From the NCBI GenBank assembly GCA_964016885.1, contig OZ024752.1, positions 39,308,001-39,372,000 of the forward strand: a DNA stretch of 64,000 bases, given 5' to 3'. Below, one piece after another: positions 24,641 to 38,434 of the stretch. Every line of letters starts with the position of its first letter. Positions within the stretch are counted from its first letter, which is position 1. The stretch comes from Eledone cirrhosa (Eukaryota). Below the pieces are notes generated by a model that saw only the letters and a program-made list of their open reading frames with translations, was not told the DNA's origin and made no database searches. The position numbers and the translations under genes were made by a program.

Positions 24641-25715
24641 GTACAAAGTGAAACCTACTACAGTCAGTAGGCACCTCTAACAAAATACACCCCCGTCCCA
24701 CTACCCCCACCCCATCCACACCACCCCTTTCAATGTAAAGTTATGTTGGTACCACAACATTCAGTCCGAAACAAATGAGGTCGTGTAGGTGTCACGACAA
24801 AAAAACACACAGTCCACGCTGTAATGTGACCTTGTAGGTAACACGGTAAAAACCTCCCAGTCCACACTGTAAACGTGGTTGGTGTTGGGAAGGGCACCCA
24901 GCCGTAGAAAACCCGCCAGACGTGTAGGTGTCACGACAATAAAACACACAGTCCACGCTGTAATGTGGCCGTGTAGGTAACACGGTAAAAACCTCCCAGT
25001 CCCACACTGTAAACGTGGTTGGTGTTAGGAAGGGCATCCAGCCGTAGAAAACCCGCCAGACAGTCCTATGCGAGCAAGACAACCACTCTTGCCTCACGTG
25101 GGAAAACTCCCGTCCAAACCCATGCAAGTGTGGAAGATGGACGTTAAACGATGATGATGATGATGAATCTAAATGTTATGTGAGGTAAAGTGTTTACCAT
25201 GAAAATATAACAGTATATATAGAGTAATGTAAATGGTAGAGGGTTAATACCACTACTTTGTGCTGCCACACATGGTTGGGGTGGGTAGGAGGTGGGGGCA
25301 AGAACACCGGAAATTTCCACTGCCACAGTTTCAACCACAAATCGATCAGAGAGCAGCCAATCCTTTGTCCTTGGGTGCCTTTAGCAGAAGCTCACTCTCT
25401 TGTAAGTATTTAAGCCTTGTCCCCAGTTACTAGGATAACTACCTCCTTTTTTCTCACCAGTCTCAGACGTCCTGAAATAAAAAAGGGTCATGTCTAATCA
25501 CATTTCCATCTCTGACTAAGTGATTAAAAAAATCAGATGGTCCATGGATCATCTAGAAAAACACTGAAATATTAGTTTGGCATTATAAACCACCGTGGTT
25601 TAAGAAAGGTTTGACTGATTGATAAACAATTTGTTGTAAAGCCTATCAATGTCTTTTAAATTCAATTTCAGAATTTCAAGGAAACAAGTTTGAAATATTT
25701 CATGAAAAAATTTAC

Positions 25716-25809
25716 CTTGAAGATTTTTAATGGGTTTGCAAATTTTTCCAAAGAACTGATGAAAGCAAATACTAAAGGCATCGTTTTTGAGTTCAAAAGA
25801 TGTGATAAC
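25716..25809 (-). CDS. PRKDC: DNA-PKcs exon (LSHLLNSKTMPLVFAFISSLEKFANPLKIFK)
   Basis: cf. human FINALDQLSNPELLFK. Confidence 0.9.
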
Positions 25810-26646
25810 CTAACAAGTAAGAGAGGAAAAAACAAAAACAAACAAACCAGTTGAATTAAGATTATTTCTTAATGATATATTTACAATGTTGTATTTTCTT
25901 TCCTTCTCAGCACAAACATTGCTCACAATAACAAACACATACACTGTTGTAGAACAGGGATCAGCAACTTCCTTTTCTAAAGGCCCACTTTTAATCTTTC
26001 TAGTTTTCTATATGACCCTCATGCATATTATATAATGCATGCATGGTCCTGTAACTCCCGAGGGAGTTGTAGGGGTGCTGTATAAACACAGTGTTTCTAG
26101 AGCGTTTTTTTTTTTTTAACCTGGTGGAGCCCATCTCCTCTCCAGCTCGAAATACAGTAGATTTCTTCCAGAGAATGATAGAGAGAGTGAGAGAATGGAA
26201 GTGAGAGAGTGATAGAGAGAGTGAGAGAATGGAAGTGAGAAAGACATATAGAGGAAGAATTGACCTACCTCAGTACTTAGCTAGTACCTTTTTTTTAATG
26301 ACCTCAAATGGGTGAAAGGTAAAGTTGACTTTGGTGGGATTTGAACTAAAAAAACAGAGAACCGAAACAAATACTGCAAAGCATTCTATCTGACATTCTA
26401 ACAACTCTGCTAATTTGCCACCTTAATATATAATATCTTACATATAAAAAAAGAAAAGAAAACATTTTGAAAAATGTCCAAGGCTCATACAGAAAACCCA
26501 CTTGTAGGCAGCAGCTTGTTGCTGATCTCTGTTCTAGGCAATATGTTCAAAACTAGTTTAAAAATACAAACTTCTTTTTGTCCTAGATAAATAAATTAAT
26601 AAACATATTTTTTTTATAACTTGATTTAAATGAGAAGTGAACTTAC

Positions 26647-26735
26647 TTTTCAACAAATTTTCTGTTTTGCACTCCATTTTTATTTTCTTTGAATGTGAAA
26701 CCTTCTTTACTAGTTTTGAAGGAATATATAATAGC
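26647..26735 (-). CDS. PRKDC: DNA-PKcs exon (AIIYSFKTSKEGFTFKENKNGVQNRKFVE)
   Basis: Matches human [28 protein letters not shown]. Confidence 0.92.
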
Positions 26736-27444
26736 CTAGAATGTAAAGTCATAAAATTACATTCTGCTATATCTTTCTGACAGAAAATTTGAGTATATTT
26801 AACCTTGCTGCTAAAGAATTTTGAAAAACAGAGGGGGAGGGAAGGAGAAGAGAAGGAGGAAAGGAAGGAAAAGTATGAGAAAAGCAATTGGGGGAAAAAA
26901 ATGATTTCAATTCTTAAACAGTACTTAGGGAAATTGCCTTATGCTTAAATGAGTAATTGTTGAAGTTAAAGTAAATCTCATGAAAGAAAAAAACCCACCA
27001 TAATCTTCCTATTGCTTACGCTTGGGTCTTGAATAATCGTTAGTTGATTATATCACCCACACCCAGAGCTTTCCCTGATACCTATTTTACTGATCTTTAT
27101 TTATCAAATGCCTAAGTCTACTTTGAAAGAAAAAAAGGGACAGAGCTCAATACTTAAAAGCCAAATACTATTGATGTCTCACACATTATTTTAGACTGAA
27201 TTTTCCTTTTTGTTACTCAAGTTTTACACTACTGCAATCATCATGATCATCATCATTGTTGTTATTTAACATCCACTTTCCCTGCTAGCAACAGTTGAGC
27301 CAGTATTGAATCAAGGCTACAGATCTCCCGGTTAGGCCAGGGATCTGTGACTTGCTTATGTATTATTTTACGTACTACAGAGTGCAGAGGAGAGGTTGTC
27401 ATATCTTGACACAACTGAAGGTTTTTTCCCAACCCATTGTTTGG

Positions 27445-28040
27445 CAAGCTTTCTATGGATGGGTGCTCTTCCTATCACCAACCACTTTACAGCATCTACT
27501 GGGTATATTTATCATATAGGTCACCAACATCTGGAAGACTGTCATGTCCTTGACATGACTGAAGGGTCTTCATAACCCTTTGTTTTGTAAGCTTTCAATG
27601 GCTGGATGCTCTTCCTATCACCAACCACTTTACAGCATCTACTGGGTATATTTATCATATAGGTCACCAACATCTGGAAGACTGTCATGTCCTTGACATG
27701 ACTGAAGGGTCCTCATAACATTTTGTTTTGTAAGCTTTCAATGGCTGGATGCTCTTCCTATCACGAACCACTTTACAGCATCTACTGGCTATATTTATCA
27801 TGTAGATCACCAACATCTGGAAGACTGTCATGTCCTTGACATGACTGAAGGGTCCTCATAACATTTTGTTTTGTAAGCTTTCAATGGCTGGATGCTCTTC
27901 CTATCACGAACCACTTTACAGCATCTACTGGCTATATTTATCATGTAGATCACCAACATCTGGAAGACTGTCATGTCCTTGACATGACTGAGAGGTCCTC
28001 CTAACCCTTTGTTTGGTAAGCTTTCTTTGGCTTCAGCCAG
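27445..28040. repeat. 143-bp tandem repeat, about 4 copies
   Basis: CATCTGGAAGACTGTCATGTCCTTGACATGACTG recurs every 143 bp. Confidence 0.9.
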
Positions 28041-28420
28041 ATGCCCTGCTCAATGTGCCTGATCTTTATATCCATAGCACTGGGTTTGGCCTTTTGCCTC
28101 TTGGTTCTATTGGCTGAAGGAGTCTGCAAGGTTGTGGTAATATTTAACCCTTTAACATTTACATTACTCAATATATACTATTGTACAATAAAAGCTTTAC
28201 CTCACATAAAATCGAATCTACGAGATTTTGATATTATTTATTTTGAGAACAATACCTTAACATCGGTATAAGCGGCCGATTACAGTTCATTTGAACAGAA
28301 AGAGGTGAGAGAATTCTGGCCAGATATGGCCAGTTTAAATGCTAAAGGGTTAAGCTATAGCAGCATAATAGGAAATGCACAAAATAGGGATTAATTCATT
28401 TTAAAGAATAAAATACTTAC

Positions 28421-28543
28421 CTGAGGATATTGGCAGGAGATGTTATATACAATATCATATATTGCATATGCTACTGGTTCATCAAGCAGTGATATCAATT
28501 GATTAATCCACATCAAGAACATCCAGCATGGTATTTTCTTGCT
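28421..28543 (-). CDS. PRKDC: DNA-PKcs exon (SKKIPCWMFLMWINQLISLLD...YPQ)
   Basis: Matches human VPCWQFISWISHMVALLD...NYPQ. Confidence 0.95.
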
Positions 28544-29359
28544 CTATATAAAAAAAGAATTAAATATAGCTTGAGTAAAGCTCATCATCATCATCATCAT
28601 CATCATCATTTCATTTTACGTCCACTTTTTCCCTGCTTGCAAGGGTGGGACGGGAACTGATTCTGGCTTGATTTCTACAGCTGGATGCCCTTCCTAACAC
28701 CAACCTCATTTACAGTGAGTGCTGGGTGCTTTTTTGCCGTGGCACCTCCACGACCACTTTGCAGTGGAATGATAGGGACCCCAGTCCCTATCATCTCATT
28801 TCTACAGCTGAGTAAATTCCATTAGAATTCATTATTTAGGTGCCTAAAGTAGAAACAATTATTTAGTGGATTGGCAGTATCGGTAGAGGGTCGGACGCCA
28901 TGCTTTCCAGCATAGTTACGTCCCTTTACGATCTGAGTTCAAATCCCGCCGAGGTTGATTTTGCCTTTCATCCTTTTTTTGCCTTTCACCCAAACAATTA
29001 TTTAACATATCTTTTTGTACTACAAGCCAATTAATTGTGAAATAATCATGAAAACTTAAGCAAGTAAAGTATCTTACCAAGAGTATAACAATATTAAACC
29101 AATACAGTATAGTGTTCAGAATAATAGAGACCCCGTACAGTTATGAATGACCATGGGCTTTGCACCTAGAACCTTCCCCGCTAAGGCAGAAAGACTGAGC
29201 AAGGATTTTGTGGAAGACCAGCAGTTGCTCATACATATTTGTCTGGCACAAGGCCAGCAATTATCCAGTAAAGTACCAGTAATGTACTGGGTAATTGCTG
29301 GCCTTGTGCCAAAAAGTAGAAACAATTATTTAACATATCTTTGGTTATTAGATACATAC

Positions 29360-29502
29360 CTGATTTATGAAAATGTCTATACTTTCAGGGCATGTCTCAA
29401 ACAATTGTAACAAATGGCAGAAACGTTGCTGACCTTCTTTTATGCCATATTGAATTGCTTTTAGTAAAGAAGACATGATATTATTTCCAAGGGAAGGCGA
29501 AT
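29360..29502 (-). CDS. PRKDC: DNA-PKcs exon (NIMSSLLKAIQYGIKEGQQRFCHLLQLFETCPESIDIFINQ)
   Basis: cf. human [28 protein letters not shown]. Confidence 0.9.
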
Positions 29503-30019
29503 CTGAAAATATAAGAATAAAACATCTAGTTCTTTGAAAATCATTTTCATCGGTTGAGGATTGTATATTAGATATGGTTTCACACTTATTTCAAAGAGGT
29601 GGAAAGATGTAGTTTATTTTCATATATAGCAAATTATTTAATTTTGTTACTATATAAGAAATACATTTATTCAAACTCTTGTTTTAATGCCTTCCTTTTG
29701 TTTTGCTTTACATTTATTTACTTTCCATACTTCTATCAATTTTTTGCTCATTACTGAAAACATTCTATTTAAAGCTGGATCATTTTTTTTACTACAAGCC
29801 AATTAATTGTGAAATAATCATGAAAACTTAAGCAAGTAAAGTATCTTACCAAGAGTATAACAATATTAAACCAATACAGTATAGTGTTCAGAATAATAGA
29901 GACCCCGTTCAGTCATGAATGACCATGGGCTTTTCACCTAGAAACTTCCCCTCTAAGGCAGAAAGACTGAGCAAGGATTTTGTGGAAGAGCAGCACTTGC
30001 TCATGCATATTTGTCTCCT

Positions 30020-30470
30020 CAAGGGAAAGGCAATGGCTGATACAGCTTGGCACCAGTGACATCACAACTAGTATATACACTATATATGATGTTGTCCAAG
30101 GGAAAGGTAATGGCTGATACAGCTTGGCACCAGTGACATCACAACTAGTATATACACTATATATGATGTGGTCCAAGGGAAAGGCAATGGTTGATACAGC
30201 TTGGCACCAGTGACTCTCACAACTAGTATATACACTATATATGATGTTGTCCAAGGGAAAGGCAATGGCTGATACAGCTTGGCACCAGTGACATCACAAC
30301 TAGTATATACACTAATATACACTATATACGATGTTGTCTAAGGTAAAGGCAATGGCTGATACAGCTTGGCACCAGTGACATCACAACTAGTATATACACT
30401 AATATACATTATATATGATGTTGTCTAAGGTAAAGGCAATGGCTGATACAGCTTGGCATCAGTGATGTAG
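30020..30470. repeat. 77-87-bp tandem repeat inside a minus-strand SINE B copy, about 6 copies
   Basis: GGCAATGGCTGATACAGCTTGGCACCAGTGACATCACAAC repeated. Confidence 0.9.
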
Positions 30471-30719
30471 AAATTAATTTCTACACCTGAGTGAACTGGA
30501 GCAACATGAAAATAAAGTGTCTTGCTGAAGGATGCAACACACCACCCATTTCAGGAATTGAACTCTCAACCTGATGATTGTAAACTCAATGCTCTAACCC
30601 TTAAGCCATGTGCCTTCAGAATAATATGTTAAACATATTAAATCAAATGGGTAGGTAAACTTCAGAGGCAAGTATTAACCCTTTAGCATTTACATTACTC
30701 TATATATACTATTGTATAT

Positions 30720-30845
30720 ACGTATGTTGATGCCCTAAGGACAGACACTGGTCTGTTGGAGACGCAGGACATGGCAGCGATAATGAGGGACAGAGACCGC
30801 TGGAGAGAACTCGTCCATGGATCTCGGGAATTTTACCCGCCTTAG
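30720..30845 (+). mobile_element. Short LINE 3' end nested in a TTAA MITE
   Basis: Translates YVDALRTDTGL...MRDRDRWRELV. Confidence 0.65.
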
Positions 30846-31094
30846 ATACTATTGTATTTTCACAGTAAAGGCTTTACCTCATAATATTTTGCATAATTTC
30901 GAATCTACAAGATTTTGATGTTATTTATTTTGAGAACAATACCTTAACATTAGTATGAGTAGCCAGCTATGGCCAGTTTGAACTGAAAGAGGTGAGAGAA
31001 TTCTGGCCGAATATGGCCGGTTTAAATGCTAAAGGGTTAAAAGATGAATATATGATTAGCTGTAAGAATAAAGAGTTGATGTTGGCATACATAC

Positions 31095-31254
31095 TTTGTA
31101 AAAACTGATTGCAATATTTAGCAATGGCTAAATGTGTTTCCCCAATATTTTCTCTCACAGAATCTGACTTCTCACCACAATTATCATCATCGTCGTTGGT
31201 AACATTTTTCTTAAGATACTCACAGCTAGAAATAATTAGTTTCTGCGACAATTC
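31095..31254 (-). CDS. PRKDC: DNA-PKcs exon (ELSQKLI...IGETHLAIAKYCNQFLQ)
   Basis: cf. human VIDAYMTLADFCDQQLR; in phase. Confidence 0.87.
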
Positions 31255-32269
31255 CTGAAATTGATGATAAGAAACAAATTATATAAAATCTAATCCTTTT
31301 GATGTATAATAAATAATTGTTTCTACTTTTGGCACAAGGCCAGCAATTATCCCAGTGCATTACTGGTACTTTATTTTATTGACGCCGTAATTATTAAAGG
31401 TAAAGCTAACCTCAGCGGGATTTGAACTCAGAACATAAAGGGCCATAACTCTATGCTGCAAAGCATGGTGTCCAACTCTCTACCGATATTGCCAATCCAC
31501 TGCCCTCTTGCATACTAAATAATGTTTGTAGCATTAAAAAAAAACCCCCAAACAAACCAGATTTGTAGTTAAGAAGCTTATAGTAGAGATATCCAGTTTG
31601 TGGTGAATATCTACCATGCATGAATGGTCCTGTAACTTCTGATGGAGTTGTATGGCTGCCATATTGACATTCAGTGTTTCTAAGGAATTTAAAAAAAAAA
31701 CTGGCAAAGCCCACCTCCTCTCCAGTGTTTGAACACAGCAGAATTTTTCCATAGAAGGATAGAGAGAGTGAGAGAATGGAAGTGAGAAAGAGATATTAGA
31801 GGAAGAATTGACCCCAGTACTAGACTGGTACTTTTTTTTATCAACCTTGAATGGACGAAAAGCAAAGTTGACTGAGGCGAGATTTAAACGCAGAGTGCAC
31901 AGGGCTGGAATTAATACCGCCAAGAATTTTATCCCGCATTCTAATGACTCTGCCAATTCATTACCTTGAATATCTACAATAGAAAAGTTAAATATGTAGA
32001 TGGTTTCACACCAGCCATCACACAAAGCCTAAATCAGAAAACAGAGTCCAGATTCCCCCAAATAAAATGGCTAAGGCGATTTCTCAGCACATTAGCCTGA
32101 GGTTTATAGTACTGGACTGGTTTCTTGTTTCCTCTCTTCAAGTAGATTGGAGGATTTGATTGCAGGCTAAATTGATGGTGGAAGAGGAATCTTAATGTCT
32201 ACTCTTTTACCTGTTCCCGCCATCTGGCTGAGGTCATGACCATTCTATCTGTTCAGTCACCCATCTCCT

Positions 32270-32497
32270 TTAACCCTTTAGTATTCACATTACTCTATAT
32301 TTACTATTATATTTTCATGGTAAATGCTTTATCTCACATAATTATCTCACATAATATCAAATCTATGAGATTTTGAAAGTATTTATTTTGAGAACAATAC
32401 CTTAACATCAGTTTCAATGACCAGTTACAGCCAGTTTCAACAGAAAAAGGTAGAGAATTCTGGCCAGGTTTGGCCGGTTTGAACATTAAAGGGTTAA
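32270..32497. mobile_element. TTAA-flanked piggyBac-type MITE (other copies 88-633, about 12085-12661, 23536-25247, 28144-28353, 30675-31040)
   Basis: TTAA-CCCTTTA...TAAAGGG-TTAA terminal inverted repeats and shared internal sequence. Confidence 0.8.
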
Positions 32498-32716
32498 TAA
32501 TAATTGTTTCTTCTTTTGGCACAAGGACAGCAATTTTAAGGGAAGAGGAAAGTCGATTAAATCGACTCCAGTATGTTACTGGTACTCTAAGGTTGAAAGG
32601 CAAAGCTAACCTTGGTGGGATTTGAATTTAGAATGTAAAGGGCCATAACTCTACGCTGTAAAGCATGTTGTCCAATGCTCTTCTAATTACTACCAAAATA
32701 ATGATTTCATCTTTAC

Positions 32717-32922
32717 CAGTGTTGAGAATGATGTTTTGCTTTTCTGGCCAGCATAGTTTACTATTTTCTGTTGGATATCAGATGGAAGATATTCAAATTT
32801 AAACTCATCATCTTCATTCATCAGTATTGAAGCTAGTAATGACAAGTGCTCCCCATAGAGAACATTATGTTTCCATTTTAGACTTTGATCTTCAGGTCTC
32901 AGTAAACTTAGATCATGTTCAC
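32717..32922 (-). CDS. PRKDC: DNA-PKcs exon (CEHDLSLL...HNVLYGEHLSLLASIL...SFSTL)
   Basis: Open frame, AG/GT, phase-consistent; cf. human QNILLGTTYRIIANAL. Confidence 0.82.
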
Positions 32923-33388
32923 CTGTTAATAAATATAAGAATTATCTAGTATAGTTGATATGAAGTATTGTGAGATAAGTAATAAATGACTAAGTTTGAA
33001 AATGCTCATACAATGTGGTAGAATTATATGGAGGGTAAAGGATGGTAAATAAAACAAAGCAATGTTAAGAAAGAACACATCAATCATTCGTTTTTGTTTT
33101 GAACTGTTTCTGCTTCACATTTGAAAAGAGGGTTATAGCCCTGAAATATTATGTTAAAATATACTGGGTAAAACATTACTTTGTTTTGTTTTATTTGTCA
33201 TCCTTTGCTCTCCCTATATTTCTACCGCATTGTAGCGGCTTTTTGAAATTTAGCAATCCTTTAAGAATTATCTAATTTTCATTTTTACAATAAATGCAAA
33301 AAAATAATAATCTACAGAAAAGAATACTTAATTTCAAAAGTCAAAAAATATCATCTATTTACAAAAAATGTTAATAAAATACACATAC

Positions 33389-33518
33389 AAAGAATGCCAA
33401 GGTTGTTCACAAGGTTGGTACAAATATTTAAAGTGGGACATTTTTTTTTCTGGCATGATTGAACATAGAGATGATTCCATTTCACTTTCAATTTCATGAG
33501 AGAAATATGTTGACATTC
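33389..33518 (-). CDS. PRKDC: DNA-PKcs exon (ECQHISLMKLKVKWNHLYVQSCQKKKCPTLNICTNLVNNLGIL)
   Basis: AG/GTATGT, open frame, correct phases; weak match to human VSWVQSY. Confidence 0.75.
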
Positions 33519-34160
33519 CTAATAGAGAAATGAATAAAGAGATATTTTATAATGGATGAATTAGTAAAACATTTAAGAAGGAGAAAAAAAAGAATGTATA
33601 AAGTACAGTAGACTTAACCCTTTTATAATCAACCTGTCAAAAACCGGCTCTGGCTTTATGAAATAAAGTCCTCCAATTTAAAGGTTTCCAATTTTATTAA
33701 AATCTTCCAACATAATTTTATATGGAACCTTAAGTTACAATCTTACCAACTGGCTAAAACCAGCTCTGGTTCTATAAAATAAAGTCACCCATTTTAAAGT
33801 TTTCCAATTTATATAAAAATCTTCCAATATAATTTTATATAAGAACCTTACATTAAATTACTATCTTAGTATTTTATCGACCATGAAAGGATGAAAGGTA
33901 AAGTTAACCTCAGAACGTAAAGGGCCATAACTCCATGCTGCAAAGAATGGCATTCGACCCTCTACCAATACTGCCAATAAAATAATTGTTTCTACTTTTG
34001 GCACAAGACCAGCAATTACCCCAGTGCATTACTGGTACTTTATTTTATCGACCGTGAAAGGATGAAAGGCAAAGTTAACCTCGGCGGGATTAGAACTCAG
34101 AATGTAACTCTATGCTACAAAGCATGGTGTCTGATGCTCTACCGAAATGATAATTCACCA

Positions 34161-34830
34161 TCTAAACTATAATAAAGTAAGAAGTGCGGGACTGCGTACG
34201 GTTTATAATTTTTTATCCCCTTAGTAAAATAAGTTGGATTACTTTGAATAAATAATTGTTTCTACTTTTGGCACAAGGCCAGCAATTATCCCAGTGTATT
34301 ACTGGTACTTTATTTTATCGACCCTGTAAGGATGAAAGGCAAAGTTAACCTTGGCAGGATTTGAACTCAGATCATAAAGGGAGGTAACTCTATGCTTCAA
34401 AGCATGGCGTCCGACCCTCTACTGATACTGAATGAATATTACATAATTTATCTACTAAATTTCGTGGCTGTTCATTAAATATATTTTATTATTTATTTAA
34501 AGATTCACTTCTTTAACATTTTCAAATGTCAACACTTCCGGTTAGCGGCCGTTATATCATAACACTTATAAAGATATTGCATATATTTCCGTCACTAATT
34601 TTCTCCTAATGCAGTTTATATATAACATCGTCTTTTTTTTATGTATCATGGATTACATTACTGATTAAATAAGACAGTGTAACACAGTCTTCGTTCAATT
34701 TCTGTGTATATTGTCAATTACGATTTTATTTAAGTATATCTACATGCATATATACTTGCGAAAAATATCAATATACACACTACACATGCTAGCAAAAAAC
34801 CACCCGAAAACAGGGTGGTTTTTCCGCTAG
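34161..34830 (+). mobile_element. Non-autonomous Helitron-like element containing a SINE
   Basis: A|TC 5' end, 3' hairpin AAAAACCACCC-GAAAACA-GGGTGGTTTTT then CTAG|T; homologous to 11131-11866. Confidence 0.75.
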
Positions 34831-35222
34831 TATATATAAATAATGTAGAAAATATAAAGTAGATAAACGTAATTTAGAAGTGTGATATTCATTGATATTA
34901 TTGCTGAAGTGTCTCGTAGTCATAAAATATCCAACTAGTAGTGAACATTTTTATGTGATAAGTTTTATGTGGAAGAGACACTTACATTTTTGCAAATTAG
35001 CCGTCATAAAAACAACAACAACAAAACAATGAGAATGAAAATATGAATTCATTGGTAAATCTAAGAGAATTGTTGATTTTGATCTGCAGTTGAATACTTG
35101 AGGGACCTTTTGTCGCTTTTAGGAAGTCTATAAAAGCTTATATTCATTAATTATTAAAAATTGATGAAAATCAAACAAATTTTATTATACATTAGATATA
35201 TAATAAATAAACACAAACTTAC

Positions 35223-35409
35223 TCCAGAAATTTCTTTCAATATTGTCCGAGCAAGTTTAAAATTATTTTGCTCACAAGAGCTTTCAGCTCTTAATAACTG
35301 AAGAGACAACTTAAATTCCTTGGGGAAATAATTGCCTTCGTTGGTGTCCATAGTATTGCTATACTCAGGTTTATTTCGCTCAATCGTAATCTGATCAATA
35401 CATTTCAGT
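35223..35409 (-). CDS. PRKDC: DNA-PKcs exon (LKCIDQI...AESSCEQNNFKLARTILKEISG)
   Basis: Matches human [20 protein letters not shown]. Confidence 0.9.
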
Positions 35410-36325
35410 CTGAGGATTATAATAAGCATATAAATAGTAAAATTAAAATATCTTAATTATGGAACTGCTTTTCATGTAATTTTATGTTATGGTTAATCTT
35501 CTGTAATTGATTTCTGATTTAGGAACAAGGCCAACAATTTTGGAGGAGGAGAAAGTCTATTAAATTGACCCCAGTGCACTACTGGTACTTTATTTTATCT
35601 GATGACAACTGGAGTGTTAGATCTAGGAATAAGACATCCGATGACATCTGGAAGTCTAGGAATAAAATGTTTGATGACATCTGGAGATCTCGGAATAAGA
35701 CATCTGAGGACATCTGATGACAACTGACGATGACTGGAAATCTAACAATAAGACATCTGATGACAACTGATGACAACTGGAAATCTAAGAATAAGGCATC
35801 TGTTGACAACTGGAGATCTATGAATATAACATATGTTGACATCTGGATATCAAACTGACTCAAATGTAGTGTAGATGTAAATTAGGTAACACGGTAAAAA
35901 CCTCCCAGCTCCACACTGTAAATGTCGTTGGTGTTAGGAAGGGCATCCAGCCGTAGCAAACCCGCCAGACAGTCCTATGCGAGCAAGACAACCACTCTTA
36001 ACTCAAGTGGGAAAACTCCCGTCCAAACCCATGCAAGCGTGGAATACGGACGTTAAACGATGATGATGATGATGATACACTGTAAGATAATTTTAACATA
36101 TTTCAAAACATTTGGATTTGGTTCACTATGAAAACAGTTTTTTTAATGTTCCTACCTCCAGTCTTAAACTGATTTTATTCCACACACAAATTAATTTTTC
36201 AGAAATCTTATCAGAAATACTCTGGTATTTTTAAAAGAGCCAATCTTTCTTAAGTACAACACAATAGATATAAAATAGAATAGAGGGAGCAGGAAGAAAT
36301 TTTGAATTTCAAACAATGTTTTTAC

Positions 36326-36437
36326 CTGTTGGTTATGACATCGTCCCATACTTTTACAGGATCTTCCAAGAGGCTAGGGGCTTGCTTTTCCCAACAACTG
36401 AGTAGTCGGTTAATTGAAGAGCATGACTTTACCTTTT
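36326..36437 (-). CDS. PRKDC: DNA-PKcs exon (INRLLSCWEKQAPSLLEDPVKVWDDVITNR)
   Basis: Matches human [28 protein letters not shown]. Confidence 0.95.
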
Positions 36438-36647
36438 CTGTTGATAAAAGTAAACCATAAACAAATTGTGATAACACACACACACACACACACAAATGCA
36501 TACACACACAAATGCACACACACACGCATGCACATACACATGCATACACACACAAATGCATACACATGCATGCAAATACATGCAGCCAGACACATATACA
36601 CCATCAAGTGATAGCTATTTTAATCAGATTTCACAGAGACATTTTTT

Positions 36648-36814
36648 GATGATGATGATGATGATGATGGTGATGATGATGGCGATGATGGTGATGATGG
36701 TGATGATGATGGTGATGATGGCAAAGATTGTGATGATGATGATGATGATGGTGATGATGATGGCGATGATGGTGATGGTGATGATGATGATAATGATTGT
36801 GATGATGATGGTGG

Positions 36815-36855
<41 letters not shown>

Positions 36856-36997
36856 GCAATGATTGTGATGATGATGATGATGATGATGATGATGGCAATG
36901 ATTGTGATGATGATGGTGGTGATGATGATGATGGCAATGATTGTGATGATGATGATGATGATGATGATGATGGCAATGATTGTGATGATGATGGTGG

Positions 36998-37035
<38 letters not shown>

Positions 37036-37138
37036 GCAATGATTGTGATGATGATGGTGGTGATGATGATGATGGCAATGATTGTGATGATGATGATGAT
37101 GATGATGATGATGGCAATGATTGTGATGATGATGGTGG

Positions 37139-37170
<32 letters not shown>

Positions 37171-37392
37171 GCAATGATTGTGATGATGATGGTGGTGATG
37201 ATGATGATGGCAATGATTGTGATGATGGTGGTGATGATGATAAAGATGATGATGATGATGGTGATGATTATGGTGGTGGTGGTGGTGGTAGTGATGGTGA
37301 TGATTATGATGATGATGATGATGGTGGCAATGGTAGTGATGATTATGATGGTGGTTGATGGTGGTGGTGGTGGTGGTAGTGATGATTATGAT
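36648..37392. repeat. Compound (ATG/GTG)n microsatellite
   Basis: Direct inspection; explains poly-M/H/S ORFs. Confidence 0.97.
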
Positions 37393-37632
37393 TTCTACTA
37401 TAGGCACAAGGCCAGTAATTTGGGGGGGGGAGGGGAAAGTCGATTAAATCAGCCCCAGTACATTACTGGTGCGTTATTTTATCGACCCCCGTAAGGATGA
37501 AAGGCAGAGTCAACCTCGGCGGGATTTGAACTCAGACCGCAAAGGGCCGTAACTCTATGCTGCTAAGCATAGTGTCCGACTCTCTACCGATACTGCCAAT
37601 CCACCACCCTAATGATGGTAATGATGATGATT

Positions 37633-37673
<41 letters not shown>

Positions 37674-37681
37674 AATGAAAG

Positions 37682-37721
<40 letters not shown>

Positions 37722-38434
37722 AATGAAAGTGATGATGATGATGATGATGATGATGATAAAAATGAATATAAATGAAATTGTAAGTTAATCATTATATTTC
37801 ATCAAATATAAATATAAAATAAATTCTGGAAGACACACAGAAATAATTTGGATGACTGAATAAAGCAAATTACAATGGCAGCAAGAGTTTATATTTTCAA
37901 CGTTATCTATTGTCTTATGTCAGGTCACTCTCGAGTGCTACTGGTAGCGTGTAACCCAGTACAACCTGTCGCATGGTTGGGTCGTCGGCGACTAAACCAA
38001 CAACCCCACCAAGTTTACTTGGTGAGAAAGGTGATTTTGGACACCCTGCAGGACAAAAAATAAAACCTGACAAAGAGTGGAAGAACTCATAATAATCAAT
38101 GGCCATCTAAAAAAAAAAAACATCCTGCCAAATCAATGGGTGGCAGTAGTTCCAGCTGCACGCATCAAAAGACTGGTGTAGTGGTTCTGAGAACTATGCG
38201 GCTTTGCAGATGATCAATGCAAGTTGACAATGGAAAGGCGCTCCCGCTCGAGTTAGAAGAGAACTATTGACCTTCAGGAGAAGCAGTGACTCCTGATTGT
38301 AACCAGCAACCGACAAAAATATGAAGTACACCAAATCCAATGCTCCTAGGGATGGCCCTGGTTCTTATTTGCGAGTGTAAACTCTACCAGATTAGATTAG
38401 ATTAGATATTGTCTTACTATTTATAGTTCTTTAC

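Noticed and set aside
36496-37494. Poly-Met, poly-His and poly-Ser ORFs
   Set aside because: Translation of an (ATG)n microsatellite.
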